DNA of 64,000 nucleotides, from the NCBI GenBank assembly GCA_051294905.1, contig CM119386.1, positions 4,216,001 through 4,280,000 of the forward strand. The letters run 5' to 3'. Origin of the DNA: Botryllus schlosseri (taxonomy: Eukaryota). The notes below the pieces were generated by a model. That model ran no database searches, was not told the DNA's origin, and saw only the letters and a program-made list of their open reading frames with translations. This document shows positions 24,256 through 37,261 of this stretch, one piece after another; position 1 is the first letter of the stretch; every line of letters starts with the position of its first letter. The translations under genes and the position numbers were made by a program.

Positions 24256-25488
24256 AACTGTTTAACAGGCATCGTCACTGTAAATTTAGGATAAGTCAGA
24301 ATATTCAGTTCATACTAATAATATTTTCATCATTTCAATTCATTATTGCGTTAAAATGAAAAGGTCAGGAAGGAGTCGAAACGAATTCTATATTGGCCTC
24401 TGGAACATGTAAATATTGCTGTACAAAATAGCCCATACATCTGCATATGGGCTACATGTTGCAATTGGAATTAAAGCAATTGAAATTGTGGATTTTCGGG
24501 TAAATTTTGTGTTTCTGCATTAGGCTACATCTGCGGCATATCAAATCAGGTGCCACTTGGTTGCGATAACAGTTAATAAAGTGGATATTAATCGATCGAG
24601 CCACAGTAGTTTGTTGAGTCAGTTGCAGGTGTACTGTGATGTTGTTCAATCTCGAATGATTCGTGACGTCACGCTCTGCTTGGCCACCATTGGCTGCAGC
24701 TGATCACGACGCACTAAGTCATACAAAATGTTTTTGCATCTGCTATGAAATAAGATGTGCAAGCTTTTATGAGTAGACAGATCTCTGCTGGTTTATCCCG
24801 CCGTTGCACAATGAGGGCGGGCGCTGTAGACCTTAGCAATTTCTACCAAGAGTCAGAATTGAGCATGAAGCAATCGAGAATACTAGATTGTGCTGGCCGT
24901 CATTAGGTCAATTTCTAAATTGAATATTGTCTGTAAGCGGGGACATGAAGGTCACCTACCTCACTTGTACAATCCAGTTTTTAATCGGCTCAGATTTGCT
25001 TCCATGCCAATTCCCACATATCTAGGTACGTTGTAGCCTATCTACTCGCATACCACATATGATTCCACGTACCGCAGTTTGGGAACCACAGTCTTGAACT
25101 ATATCATTTGTGAATTCAGTATTCAGTTTGAATCTCTTGATTAAAACGGAAGCCCTGGGTGATCAGCTATTTTAGTGAAGGTAGTATATAAATGAAGAAA
25201 AGCAGCTGACTTGGTCGCAAAATGATAAAAAGAGTGGCCCGTAGGTGACCCCGAGCATTTGCAACGGGGGCCTATCATTTACACAAGCAAACTAACGAAC
25301 ATATGCGGATCATAGTGAGCCATAATGACCATAGAAAACTATGAATGAACATTGAACAGTGTGATGCTAAGGATCATAATGATGCATAAGGTGTGGCTAA
25401 CTCACTACGCGGCACATCCTTTCATTTTAAACAATTCATTTCAGCAATTATTTATTATTAATAATATCAATAAACACACATGTAACAT

Positions 25489-25770
25489 AAGGGTTACCAT
25501 ACGTCCTCCTTGAAAGGGATGTTTCCTACTTTTTCATGAAATCGAAAATGTCCTCCGAGGACGCCTAAATGTCCTTCATTTTGGAAATTCGTCCTCCTTT
25601 GCAGCTTTGACAGCTAGGCTATGGAAAGGAGAAAATCGGTATTTCGGGAGTCTAGTCAAACAACATTTCCAGTAAAAATTTCAAAATCAGCTGTTTTCAA
25701 TTCGGTAATCTAATTTTTATGATTTGAAAAAAGAATACTCCTTTCCCGATTCTAAAATATGGCAACCCTG
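25489..25770. mobile_element. TAGGGTTACC-family hAT MITE
   Basis: Ends AAGGGTTACCAT / ATGGCAACCCTG; TSD TGTAACAT / CGTAACAT. Confidence 0.8.
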
Positions 25771-27372
25771 CGTAACATGTCTATGAAGTATATGCCGGTT
25801 TCCCCACCTTGGAATCGAGCCAGGTTTTGGTTCTAGTCTTGGGTGTCAAACTCAACTGTCGTCGCAGGCCGGATTCAATCATATCATTCATATCGTTCGC
25901 CTGCCAGACCAGCCAAATGATTCCAAAATGTCACCACAAAATCCATGCCCTTTTTCTCTTGAATATTTTATTATCAAACCCACATACACACACATGGTAT
26001 ATTACACTATATTCCAGATCATAAAGGTTCTATTTTAGCAACACCTTGATTCGCAAACAACGGGATTGGAAAAATATGATAATCGGTTGGTATCATTGGT
26101 TGAATACAGTTAAGTCCCGCTAAAATAGTGGCTCTATCGACGATATAAGTTGGCATATACTTTTACGCTCTCAATCTGGAGTTGCCCCGCGTATGTGTTG
26201 TGAGGAATACAAGTGATTTAACCGTAAACGCGGACTGTGGAACACCGCAGTAAGATATTGTAAAGTGGACTATGAACAAGACCTACCCGACATCTGCCGT
26301 CTTGAGGGATTTTGTAATGGAAGTATTTATACTAAAATCTCTCAACTTCTGTTAGAAATGTGCTGGATATTACAAGCATATTTTCATTTTCTCAGATTGA
26401 CCTCGCGGATCGGATGAAATCGTCTGGCGGGCCGTAGGCTATGTTTAACACCCTGGTCATTTCGCGAATGCAGGCATCATATCCTAGTTATGCCTGGGGT
26501 ATGTTAGGCAGACATTGGGCAATCGTAATTTGTAATCGATTGCAGCATTTTCAAGTAATCGGAATCGGTTACATTTGAAAAAATCCGAAGTAGGCCTAAT
26601 CGTAATCGCAATTGATTATTTCACATATTTAATCGATTCCTTATTCAAAGAACGATTTCTTTTACTTGTACATGGACTATGATTTGAACTGAACATTCGT
26701 GAACAAGGAATCGTGCGTTATGATATCAGGTTATTGACAAGGGAAGTTAAATTTTCAAGCTCCACTGCTCATTACACTATACGTAACAGTATTTAGGCTA
26801 GATTAGGCTAGGCTATTTTTCCCCTGAAATAAGAAAAATTACAGTGATATTGGCAGGATTGTTTGAAACTCTGAATTGGAAATTCCCCAGGCGGATTTTT
26901 AGACACTCCGGCCGGAGCTGGATGGATTCAGATTCCGAAATTTGGGTCGACTAGCCGGAGTAGGAGCAGAGTAGGGAATCCGACCATTTCTACGCACCAC
27001 TTTATGGCACTATGATCTAGTTCAGATATCAACGTAATCCAAATGCAGTGACCCGTGCGATCTAGTTGTTCACGCAACTACGAGGGCATAGTGTCCTACA
27101 ATGGTGTGGACACGAGCAAATCTCACGACTCACTGCGATTGGTCTACCTCACACTTTCCATTTGGCCAAAGGCAATTTTACGGTAATTTTTGACCGGCTA
27201 GCCGAGCGTAAAAATTGATATCAATCGAAAGCTATCGCGGTACTGATTGCGAAAATATAATATTTATTCTGCTCGTAGTCCTATAACCCCCATAAAACAG
27301 GCTCGAATGTTGAATTGTAACGGAGCTTGGTATTGTGACCCAGCAATGCCGTGTGCTGGGAGTAGGTCACTG

Positions 27373-28604
27373 CAGTGTTGCCAACTCCGGATGGAAGAAA
27401 ATCGCTAAAACTGGTGTTAAAAATCGCTAGATATCGCTAAATATTGAGAAAAAAGCGCTAAAAAATAGCGCTAAATCTGCATTGATTGCTAAAGGTGTTA
27501 AATTGAACCATAATATCAATACATTCTTCTCAACTATATTTTACTCGTCTGGGTCCTAAGTCACTTATCATATTTCCTGTTTATAATACGTACGAGCCAT
27601 CTCTAAGCGGGACAAAGCGTGCAATGCATTTCTATAAAGCAGATCGCTTTGCGCAATGATCGCTCTGCGTCACCACTGACCAGGTTTGCAAGCATAACCG
27701 CTCACAATATGAGCGTGCCTTGCTCGATGCGTCCGTGAATACGTGATGCGATGTACCGTGGAAATGCGCTTGACATCTCTAAACTGTGTTGGGGTAGGCT
27801 ACTTGAACACGACATGCGACTTGACACACTTGTACACGACATACGAGTTGACCAGACACAACACGACTTGAACCGAGTTTGCCAGCGACTATAAGTGGAG
27901 GCCTTGAAGGAAATATTCCGAGGACCAACCCGGGGTATGAAATTTAATTAAACTGGTCTTAAACGAAAGCTAGTGTCACACTGATTACAACAATACGAAT
28001 TAAATTCTTGTCAAGACAATGGAGCGACCTCAAAACAGCCCCCAAAGTCGGCATTAATCAGAAAATTCGCTGGACGAAATTGGTCATTGTTATGTTCATT
28101 GTGTTGCGATGGTGCCATTGTTGGAGCAATGCCGGTTTTCACACTTTGAGGGCTGTTTCGGGGTGGTTCCATTGTCCTGACGAGATTTTAATTTGTATTT
28201 TCGAAATCACTGCGACACTACCTTTCGATCAAGACCAATTTTATTAAATCTCAGCGCTCAGGTCGCCAGATGTAGCACTGTCAATTATGCTACTTTTAAA
28301 TTACTCAGCAAGAAGAGAGACTGTTTGCCCATGCGTAACCGCCGGGAGTTGCGTATCTATCCGTAGGTTAGTAATCTATAATTTATCATCGTAATCCGCA
28401 CTCTGGTGGCCGGTAAAGTCAATGCCGTCGTCGGCCAGAACTGATTTTTATTAGTTATTTTCGGTAAAAAAGCGCTAAATAATCGCTAAATACTTTTCAA
28501 AAATCGCTAGATTTATCGCTAGGCGCTAGATCCATATTTTTTGGCGCTAAACCGGATGAAAAATCGCTAGATCTAGCGCGAAAATCGCTAAATTGGCAAC
28601 ACTG
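27373..28604. mobile_element. Non-autonomous hAT element with AATCGCTA subterminal arrays
   Basis: Perfect 12-bp TIRs CAGTGTTGCCAA / TTGGCAACACTG; many (A/T)CGCTA repeats at both ends. Confidence 0.85.
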
Positions 28605-28971
28605 AGTAGGTGAGGACTTGCTCCTGAGCTGCACCGTATTACGCCAGCGGGCATTGTTGCGTCACAATATCAAACTTCCATGGGCTATGATATGAGTGTG
28701 TGTCACTGTGTCGTCTGTCTTCATTGTATTGACCACCGAATTCAGGGGAAACAGACCATCTATAGATAACTAACCTACGCAGCACAATGACCAAAACAAT
28801 GGCCCTTGCTTGGTTGCGATTGTTCAGAAAAATGCCAGTTTTCAGACTTTGGGGTGTATTTCGAGGGGTTCCATCGTCCTGGTCAGATTTTAATGTATAT
28901 TTTCGGAATCAGTGCGGCATTAGCTTTCACAAAAGATCAACTACATTTAATTTGAGCCCTCGAGTCGTCAG

Positions 28972-29118
28972 CAATGTTCCCTCCAAGCTGCGCACGTGCG
29001 CAATTGCCCAATACTGACACGGTCTCACCTTTTTTAGTCGTTACGCACTGTTGTCCAAAGGACCGGGCAGTGAGTTGGTGAGTGCGCGCAGGCTCGAGGA
29101 AAAGTAGAGGGAACATTG
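28972..29118. mobile_element. CAATGTTCC-family MITE (147 bp)
   Basis: TIRs CAATGTTCCCTC / GAGGGAACATTG; TSD GTCGTCAG / GGCGTCAG. Confidence 0.85.
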
Positions 29119-29239
29119 GGCGTCAGCTATAGGATTGGCAATTATGTTACTTTCATATTGCTGAGCAGTAATTCGCACTGAGCAAGCAAGCGTGACGACG
29201 AGTGTTGCATATTTATCCGTAGGTTAGCTATCTATAGAC

Positions 29240-30230
29240 CAGTGGTTCCCAACGTTTTTGGCTTCACGGACCCCTTTTTGACCGTCACGGACCCTCGAGG
29301 ACCCCTCAAGATTTAGTTCAAATTTGGCTCAATTATGGTGAGACCGTCATCTGTCTTGTGCAAATATGAACTGCTTGTGATAACAACGACAAAATTACTT
29401 TTCTCACAAATAACATCATGCTATTACGTATAAATTAGGTAGACTTTTGTTATTTCAAATATAATTTTGCAGTTGTATTTCTTGCTGTACGTGGTCTTGA
29501 AAATCCGCATCTTCGATTTGATATGAACGAGCGCCGGAAATCCATTTCCTACAAATATAGATGGAGGCTAATGTCATATTAACGCGTAACGCTTCCGACG
29601 ACACTTCTGGTGTGATCGCATCATTTATGGCACCATAATGAAGAAACATATTTTGAAGGAACATATCACGTCCAGCTTAGTCATATTTATCTATATTTCT
29701 ATATTATCTCATCTTGAAGTTATTCTAGAATACTGTTTATGTCAATCACAGGATAAAATGGATTTCGTGGCAAGGTTTCAATCACTTCATTGGGGAAAAT
29801 TTGGGAAGATACTTCAGAAGTTTTTATTTCAAACGACTGTTCACTAATTTGATGACACTGACCACTTCAAATCGGAAAGGTTTCTCAAACATTACGAAGT
29901 AACCGTGATCGATCTTACTATCTCCATATTTTTATATTTTCCACAAACCCCAACAAAAGTCTCTAAACAGCTATATGTTTGTATCAGTAGGTTATTGGCA
30001 ATTTTATAATTAAAATGAATTTGCACAGTAAGATATTCCATGTCACACGCTCATTCTGCTGATGTGAGTATTGAGTGAGGTTTTAGCTGTTGTGGAGGAA
30101 AACTGCCTGATACTTTCCCTAATTTAAAAAATAAAAAAATAGGTTATGAACCATGTTGCAAATTTAGAGGTCCCGTGCACCCCCTGAAATTGCTTCGTGC
30201 ACCCTGAGGGTCCGCGGATCAGGACCGTTA
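29240..30230 (+). mobile_element. Non-autonomous hAT element (family of 3071-3925)
   Basis: Left TIR CAGTGGTTCCCAAC preceded by CTATAGAC; similar to the reverse complement of 3071-3925; right end degenerate. Confidence 0.72.
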
Positions 30231-30466
30231 CTGCCGCACCCCAAACCCCCAATTAGGGAGAGCGAGCTCGAAAGGGCTCGAAATTATTTTGTGAATTAGC
30301 ATCTGCGATCTGCGATCTGCGAAAAATGCATGGGTCGGATAAACTTTCTGGTGTTGTCGAACTTATGCGTATGGTAGTTAAGCCGCCATCAACTACACTT
30401 TCGCACGCTAATATAACTCAAAAAAATAAATATGCTATTTCATCTGTACCGATTTCTACTGTGCTA

Positions 30467-30629
30467 TCAATTAGCGAGTCCGCGATCTCCCGTGAATAAA
30501 TATTCATATTCATATGAACTCTTATTATAACGAAACATATGATTTCAATCACACCATTTCGAAGACGAATGAATAACAACTATTTGCGGGAGATCGCGTG
30601 ACTCTGTCCAGTCGATTCTCGCTAATTGA
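30467..30629. repeat. Inverted-repeat element with TCAATTAGCGAG arms
   Basis: TCAATTAGCGAG / CTCGCTAATTGA plus inner CGCGATCTCCCG / CGGGAGATCGCG; related arms at 53629 and 56121 share the downstream CACTGATAATACGA..TGAATTGCAA. Confidence 0.6.
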
Positions 30630-31065
30630 AGGCACTGATAATACGAATTGCTGAATTGCAAATGTGCAAACAACTATTAGAGATACGATCGGCATTTCAT
30701 ACAGACGTTTATTAAACGCCGTTATGCATGTAAAGAATTGTTTTACAAGTGAGTGTATTCCCTACCTGGAAACCCTAAATTCCCCACAAGTGCATATGGG
30801 GAATTCTCCACCGGTTCGAAACCACTGCATTAGGAACATATCTTACGATATAAGTTTACATGACTACAATCATTTTGCGACATCGGATCAAATGTTCATT
30901 TCCCCCGCCAATCTCTGGGCCTCACATACTAGCTTCATTAGCCAACATCAGTGTGTCCAATCTTTCATCATAGATAACCAGACAATGAGCGATTTTCAGA
31001 GGTATGCAATCAATTTGACAAATCGAAAGTAGGATAATTATCATGGTTCTGGTAAAACTGTCAAA

Positions 31066-31220
31066 GTATGGAAGTATGGAGAAAACGTTCCATGCCGTAC
31101 TTGGGAAATTTCCATACCATACCATACTTGCATATTTCCATATTCCATACCGAAATTTCGTTCCATACCATTCCATACTTCCATACCATACCATATCATT
31201 CCATACTTCCCTACCATATA
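31066..31220. repeat. CCATAC/GTATGG-rich repeat split by a hAT insertion
   Basis: Degenerate CCATAC(T)T arrays that resume at 32383-32400 after the 31227-32374 element. Confidence 0.7.
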
Positions 31221-31226
31221 CTAGAC

Positions 31227-32374
31227 CAGGGGTGGGCAAACTTTTGAGCTCGCGGGCCGCATTCAACATCTGAATCCATTCGCGGGCCGCACTATATAAA
31301 ATTGGGATTATAAACCAAAACGCAATATTGGTATTTGATTATATAGTGAGGATATGGAGATACTTATTTTAGCAAACCAAGCATTGCTTTGATGATATCG
31401 TACATGCTTCAGGAACAGTGGCGAGATTTCAAAGGCTGGTCGACCTCACTAACCAATTTGTCAAAACTAGAGAGATGAAAGTCGGTTGTCCCGATTCTTA
31501 GACCAGGATTGAAATTTAAATCTGTCAGCAGCGATCTGTTCATAGATTTGCTAATTCCAATTTGGTTCAGTTCCAAGACACACAATGCTGACAGCATCAT
31601 AACCATGTTAGCTTCAAACTCGCTTCTACTGTGCGTGGATGAAATATAGATACCCTAATTCTACGCATACAGAGAACGAATCTACCGAAGACACGCGCGA
31701 ATCGTTTTTTATAAGCACATCACTGAAATAATTAAAACTGGAGAAACTGGAGTGGCCAATCTGAAATCACACTCGTGATGTCAATCTCGTTTAGGATTTC
31801 TGTGATTTTTAGCAGTTGAAACCTTTCAAACTGCGCAGGTTTTAATATCGGGCTGTCGCGCCAGACATTAAACCTAAAAAATAATATAGGAAGTATTTAC
31901 CTCAGAACAGTGGTTCTCAAACTTTGCAAGTCACGCCCCCTTATGATAGTGAACGATTTCGCGTCTCCCCTTATCGCCATATCACAAAACGCAACCAGGA
32001 TGCTAGCAAACCTAACGGGTAGTTTGATGGCACGGAAGGCTACGACTGTGGATGAGAGATTTTTAAATATGAAATTCAGACTAAATACAGAGCATTAATG
32101 GCGAATTTGTTGTCAATCGCGCGGAGAGCGACAAATTTTTTCAGTTGATCTAAGCTTCGCTCTCCTCTTCAGATGCCTTCACGCCCTCGAGGGGGGGCGC
32201 GCCCAAGTTTGAGAACCACGTTCTTAAAATTATCATGGTGAAATATACTAAAAACTTAAATCAAGTTCCTGCATTAATTCGATTCTTAGTACGCATTTTA
32301 TCAATATTTTAATAAGTTTCTTTAGACTCTCGCGGGCCGCATGCGGCCCGCGGGCCGTAGTTTGCCCACCCCTG
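31227..32374 (-). mobile_element. SPIN/GTF2IRD2-like hAT deletion derivative
   Basis: TIRs CAGGGGTGGGCAAACT / AGTTTGCCCACCCCTG; perfect TSD TACTAGAC; minus-strand remnant ISKSMNRSLLTDLNFNPGLRIGTTDFHLSSFDKLVSEV..SRH (about 31410-31560) fits the K-S-x-x-R-S-x-L-T-D...L-R-I-x-T-T C-terminus. Confidence 0.88.
31908..32221. mobile_element. Older hAT MITE nested in 31227-32374
   Basis: CAGTGGTTCTCAAACTT / AAGTTTGAGAACCACG; flanks CCTCAGAA / TCTTAAAA differ only by transitions. Confidence 0.65.
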
Positions 32375-33081
32375 TACTAGACCATACCATACCATACCAT
32401 GTCCTGCATAGTACATAATAACACACTGTCCAATTTCGAGCTCTGATCTATCACAAAAATCGCTCCCAACTATATAGCTCATCTCACACTGCTTTCGTGA
32501 CGAGACAGCAACAGGGAGAGTAAGCTCGTAGTACAGTACTTTCGTTTCTGGCTGTGGTCGTGAGGGCGAAACGTGCTCGCAGTTATCGTAAGTACAAACC
32601 AGAGGCAGCAAAATGATTTCAGCTCGACCCTAAAACCTCTCACAGCTTTCTTTCCTATTTCTAATAGACGGGGTGGGGATAGTCCTCGTCCGACCGTGGG
32701 ATTTTGATATAAAAAATCGACAAAGTATCAAAGCTGTGGTCATACACGTGACTGTAATATAAATTTGAGCGCTATTTTATCATAGGAATAATTGAGGGAG
32801 ACATTCAGACTGAAATGAAACCGAATTGAAACACGTTGCACCGAATGAAAAATGCAGATGGTGTAGCAACGGCCGCGCTGTGAAAATGTGAGTATATAGG
32901 ACCAAGAATCTTTCACTTTCACCACTACTAGAAATATGTGACGTTGATGTGTCAAAACCTTGACGTGGTAACTAAAAGCGCGGACAAAGTGCTGATTACA
33001 TGGAAAAATGACTTGGAAAAGCCGAAGTAATGCTTTTCCACACTTTGCCCCAAACCATATTTTGCAGCTTCGTGTTAGGCA

Positions 33082-33422
33082 TAGGGCTACCATATTTTGC
33101 GATCCGAAAAAGAGGACACTTCTCAAAAATTCTGAAAGCTATGGTTCCGTCTAGGACAACTGGTGAATCTGGAAATTTTTCTACCACTTCTACTGTGTTG
33201 ACTAAAAAAAATAATAAAAAAGGTCATCACTTTGATTCGTCAGGCCGTTACTTGAGTACTGATTTCTTATATCGCAGTCGAATTTTCACATACATTTAAC
33301 CGCAATTTAAAAACAGAGGACAGATTCTCAAAAAAGAGGACATTTGGGTGTCTTTAGAGGACCCTTTCAAAAAAGTCAAGAAAGAGGAAAATCCTATTAA
33401 AAGAGGACGTATGGTAACCCTA
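33082..33422. mobile_element. TAGGGTTACC-family hAT MITE
   Basis: TAGGGCTACCAT / ATGGTAACCCTA; AGAGGAC repeats; no TSD recognised. Confidence 0.75.
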
Positions 33423-33529
33423 GCCGTGAATATGTGATGCAGTTGCAAGAGGTTTTTTTATAAACGGTGTGTATTTCATAATGACCATCATAATGGCTAT
33501 TTTGTCGCTTTAGATTGTCGCATGAGATT

Positions 33530-33652
33530 TTGCTCCGAGTCACGAGGCAATCCACATTTCTGAAGCGCCGAGTCAAGTCAAGGCATTTTTGCAAAGTGAC
33601 TCGAGTCAAGTCAAGTCATACATAAAAGCTGACTCGAGTCATCCCAACACTG
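33530..33652 (+). mobile_element. Right end of GACTCGAGTC-family hAT element
   Basis: GACTCGAGTCAAGTCAAGTC arrays ending GACTCGAGTCATCCCAACACTG, as at 63600-63753. Confidence 0.8.
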
Positions 33653-34069
33653 TTAGTGATATGGTATATTTGTGTCACCCTTATGCTCATGTGCTTGAAA
33701 ACTGAGCACTGAGCAGCGTATTTACGACATTGATGCTGGATATTGCGAAGCAGGCTTCCCAGTGGCCGAAGTGATAAATCTATTTTCTGGTCACACGTCA
33801 CGTTTTTTTTTACTTTTACGGGTTTTCACGGGCCACTTAACGTGACCTGGCATGCCACATTTGACCCGCACATTTCACATTTCTGTTACATAGTACTGTC
33901 AGAAGAGTAGGCTATTATAGCATTCTTAAACTCAGATATTCCAGACGAGTGTTCAGAACAAGTCACCAATTCGGAGTCACCAACACGTTGGGAAATGATA
34001 CGACAGCACATACATGACGGCACGGCGCATATATAGTGCTGCTGGCGCGTGCCGGTATACGGTATTTTG

Positions 34070-35059
34070 TAGGGATGGTGTGAACGCGAGGTTCACGTTC
34101 GTGTTCTGTGTGTGAACCTCGGAAATTTAGAGGTTCGCGTTCACAACAGAACCTTGGTAGGTTCTGCACTGTGAACCTTTTTCATAAATTACAATTTTCA
34201 CTTCATTGTAACATCTTTGGTTCAAATTTATTTTATTTCAACTGCGGGCCACTCTATGTATGGCGCTGGCAGCATTAAAAATCAACACTAAACGAACATG
34301 CACCTTGACAATCTCAACAATTTTACTTGCTTTGTTACAATAGTTTGCTCGAAATATCCAGCTTTCCGTTTGTGGATATTTAGTGACACTCTGCTGTGAG
34401 CTTGAGCCGCAATCACACAACATCACGAGCCGAATACGTGGTCAGCGAATGATGCTTATTCAACCAATCAATGAGATTGATATCGTTTTCTGATGCAAAA
34501 AATCTAGCAGGCGTACGGGGTCAATCTTGAATTCATATCTTTACTGTATCATTAAAACCAAATCCGTGCGATTGAGGTGTTGGCTACTGCTGTAGAACTT
34601 GTTAATGGGGTAATATCTGTAGCAAGTATAGAAACCCGTTTTACACTCTGCTCAATATCAATGTAGCAATACCCAGACGCCGAATACATTGTCCGGTCTG
34701 GCCTAGACCTTCAAGGCGTAAGCTTTTATTTCTTCGTAAGTCCTCGTCGAAATTGTTGGTAAAGCGACGGAAGATATTGATTTTATGGAAGTATTATATC
34801 CTTGATTGCCTCAGTTGATACATTTAGCGGCGTTTAAAACACCAATATGTACTTCAGCATTGTGGCCTTATGAGGCCCGAGTCGTCGCTAGGTATCGTGT
34901 ACATAAATATAGGTTATCGCTTCATTGAAAGATGGAGATGAAATTGGCAAAATGACGTCACGTGACGTCACGAGGTTCACGTTCGTGTTCACACAGAACC
35001 TTTCAAAAAGGTTCGCGTTCACACGAACCTGAACCTTTCAGAGGTTCACACCATCCCTA
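34070..35059 (+). mobile_element. TAGGGATGG-family non-autonomous hAT element
   Basis: 16-bp TIRs TAGGGATGGTGTGAAC / GTTCACACCATCCCTA; GAACCT/AGGTTC subterminal repeats; TSD GTATTTTG / CTATTTTG. Confidence 0.88.
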
Positions 35060-35096
35060 CTATTTTGTTCTTCTACTACACTACATTATAATAATA

Positions 35097-36230
35097 GAAA
35101 ACTCGCACGGTGATGTTTGATGCCCAAGACTATTTCAGACGTTGCAGAAATTCTAGAATAGTTTTTTTACATGTCGGCAAATATATACCGTCACTGTACT
35201 TACATTATAATAAATGTAGATATAACATATGATAAATATTTCGCGACATATATTATAACCACAAAGTAACGTATAGGTATGTATTTTCCGCAAATACACA
35301 CCCGCACTGTATGCTTTGTGCTCATATTATAATATAAATATAGATATCAGATATTTGCTGACTTATACGAAGTACCGTGCCGGTATGGATTGCCAACGTC
35401 TGGTAAACAATGCTATAATTTCTGCAAGATCTTAGTTCATCTTGCACATCAAGCATCACTGTGCGATTTTTTTATTATTTTATTTTATATGAGTACAAGT
35501 ATAAGTACAAAGTACGGTGCCGGCATGCAGGCTATATGCTGACATGTGAAAAACTATGCCATAATTTCTGCAACACCTGAGCTTATGTTTGTTGTAGTCT
35601 TGGAAATCAAGTATTACTGTGCTGTTTTCCCACACGTCGGCAAATACATGATGGTAAGGTAATATAAGTCATCAAATATATAAGATTATATTTACATGTA
35701 GATTATAATCTAAGTACAAAGCACTGTGCCGGCATGTAATTGCCGACGTGTGGAAAACTCGTATAGTGATACCTGGTGTCCAACGTTATAGCAAACATAA
35801 ACTCAGATGTTTCAGAATTGTTTTCGAAGCAAGTCACTTGTGGAGTCAGCAACTTGGCGTGAAACGAAACGCGGACAATCTGAACAATACGTAACATTTC
35901 AGTACACACCACCGCGCGGGTTTATATTCACCGACTTGTAGAAAACTCGCACTGTGATGCTTAGTGTCCAAGGCTATAGCATTCATAAACTCGAATGTTG
36001 AAAAAATGTTTTCGGAATAAGTAACAAGGTGGAGTCGACAAGAAGGACTCATTCTACATTCTTTGGAGTCGCAACGCGGCGGGAAATCTAACGTGAACAA
36101 TCCGAACATTATTATAGCCTACATGCACACTACACACACAGTAACGTATCGGTATGTACTGGCCGGAAAACTCGCGCGATAATGCGTTATGTCCAAGAGT
36201 AGAGCATTCATAAAATCAGATTTTTCTGAG
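35097..36230. repeat. Local cluster of at least six degenerate ~130-150-bp foldback units in mixed orientation
   Basis: Motif GAAAACTCGCACTGTGATGCTT..TGTCCAAG forward at 35097, 35752, 35941, 36165 and reverse at 35440-35472, 35597-35630; companion motif AAGTAC.GTGCCGG.ATG..TTGCCGACGTGTGG in both orientations. Confidence 0.7.
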
Positions 36231-37261
36231 TATATGTTTTTACCTTTTAATCAAATACTGCATAAATGTAAAAGAAGTGAAAAATATCAATGTGACCCCA
36301 TTCGATAACTTCTGAAAGTTATGACTCCAAACTATTGCTGACTTCAAGAAGATCTATGCCTATGTGAATGCAGGTTCGCATCGTTCCGGAAGTATCAGTC
36401 TTGGATGCCCTGATGTCTAAACCCAGGCGACCCACAACCATATAGGCGTAGTGCAGGGGTCTCAACCATGCATACCACGGGCCGCATCCGGCCCGCCAGA
36501 CGGTTTCCTTCGGTCGGCGAAGCAATTTTGAGTAGATTGAAAAATGCGTAGCATATCCAGCACATTTGTAACAGATGTAGAGATGTTTTTAACGTTACAC
36601 TTAAATTTAAATATTCCCTTCAATTTAAATAATCCCTTAAGAAGGTAAATGTTGATTATGCTCATAGGTCGCATTATAACCACCCGACTGTGTGTGGTGT
36701 TATGGTTTCACTCTGGTTCTAGTTACCACTAAGAAAAAGTCGGTCATTGACACCCAATTCGAGAAGACAAAAGTGCACATTGAGTTCATAGTTTTACGGA
36801 AAATGGAACAATAAGTAGTTAGTTATTCACAGAAGCAAAGACGCCGATGCAGAACCGTTCTATGCAGTTCACATGCAGAATATATTATTTACACAAAAAT
36901 ATCATTCAAATATATTTATGGTTGCACCGCTCTGTCACTTCCAACTCAAAAGGCTCCCGGAATTAAAAAAAATGAATCGCGATTTAATACCAATGAACCA
37001 AATTCCAACGTCCGCGTTTACAGTTGAATCTCTTGTATTCCTCATAACGCACAAACATGGCTAACGACAGATTACGACTAAAGCAAAGTCAGCATCGAAA
37101 TATGCCGACCTATTGTCGTGACGCCCTCTGTTTTATCGGCTCATAAATATATTAAACCAGCCAATCATCGTATTGTAACCAATTCCAATGTACGCGAATA
37201 TACAACCCCTATGGTCCGTGATACGATGTGATATTGTTTCAAACAATATTTTGGCAATAAT

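Noticed and set aside
32900-33030. Fibronectin-III-like peptide NLDVVTKSADKVLITW
   Set aside because: Too short, surrounded by stops, and no splice support.
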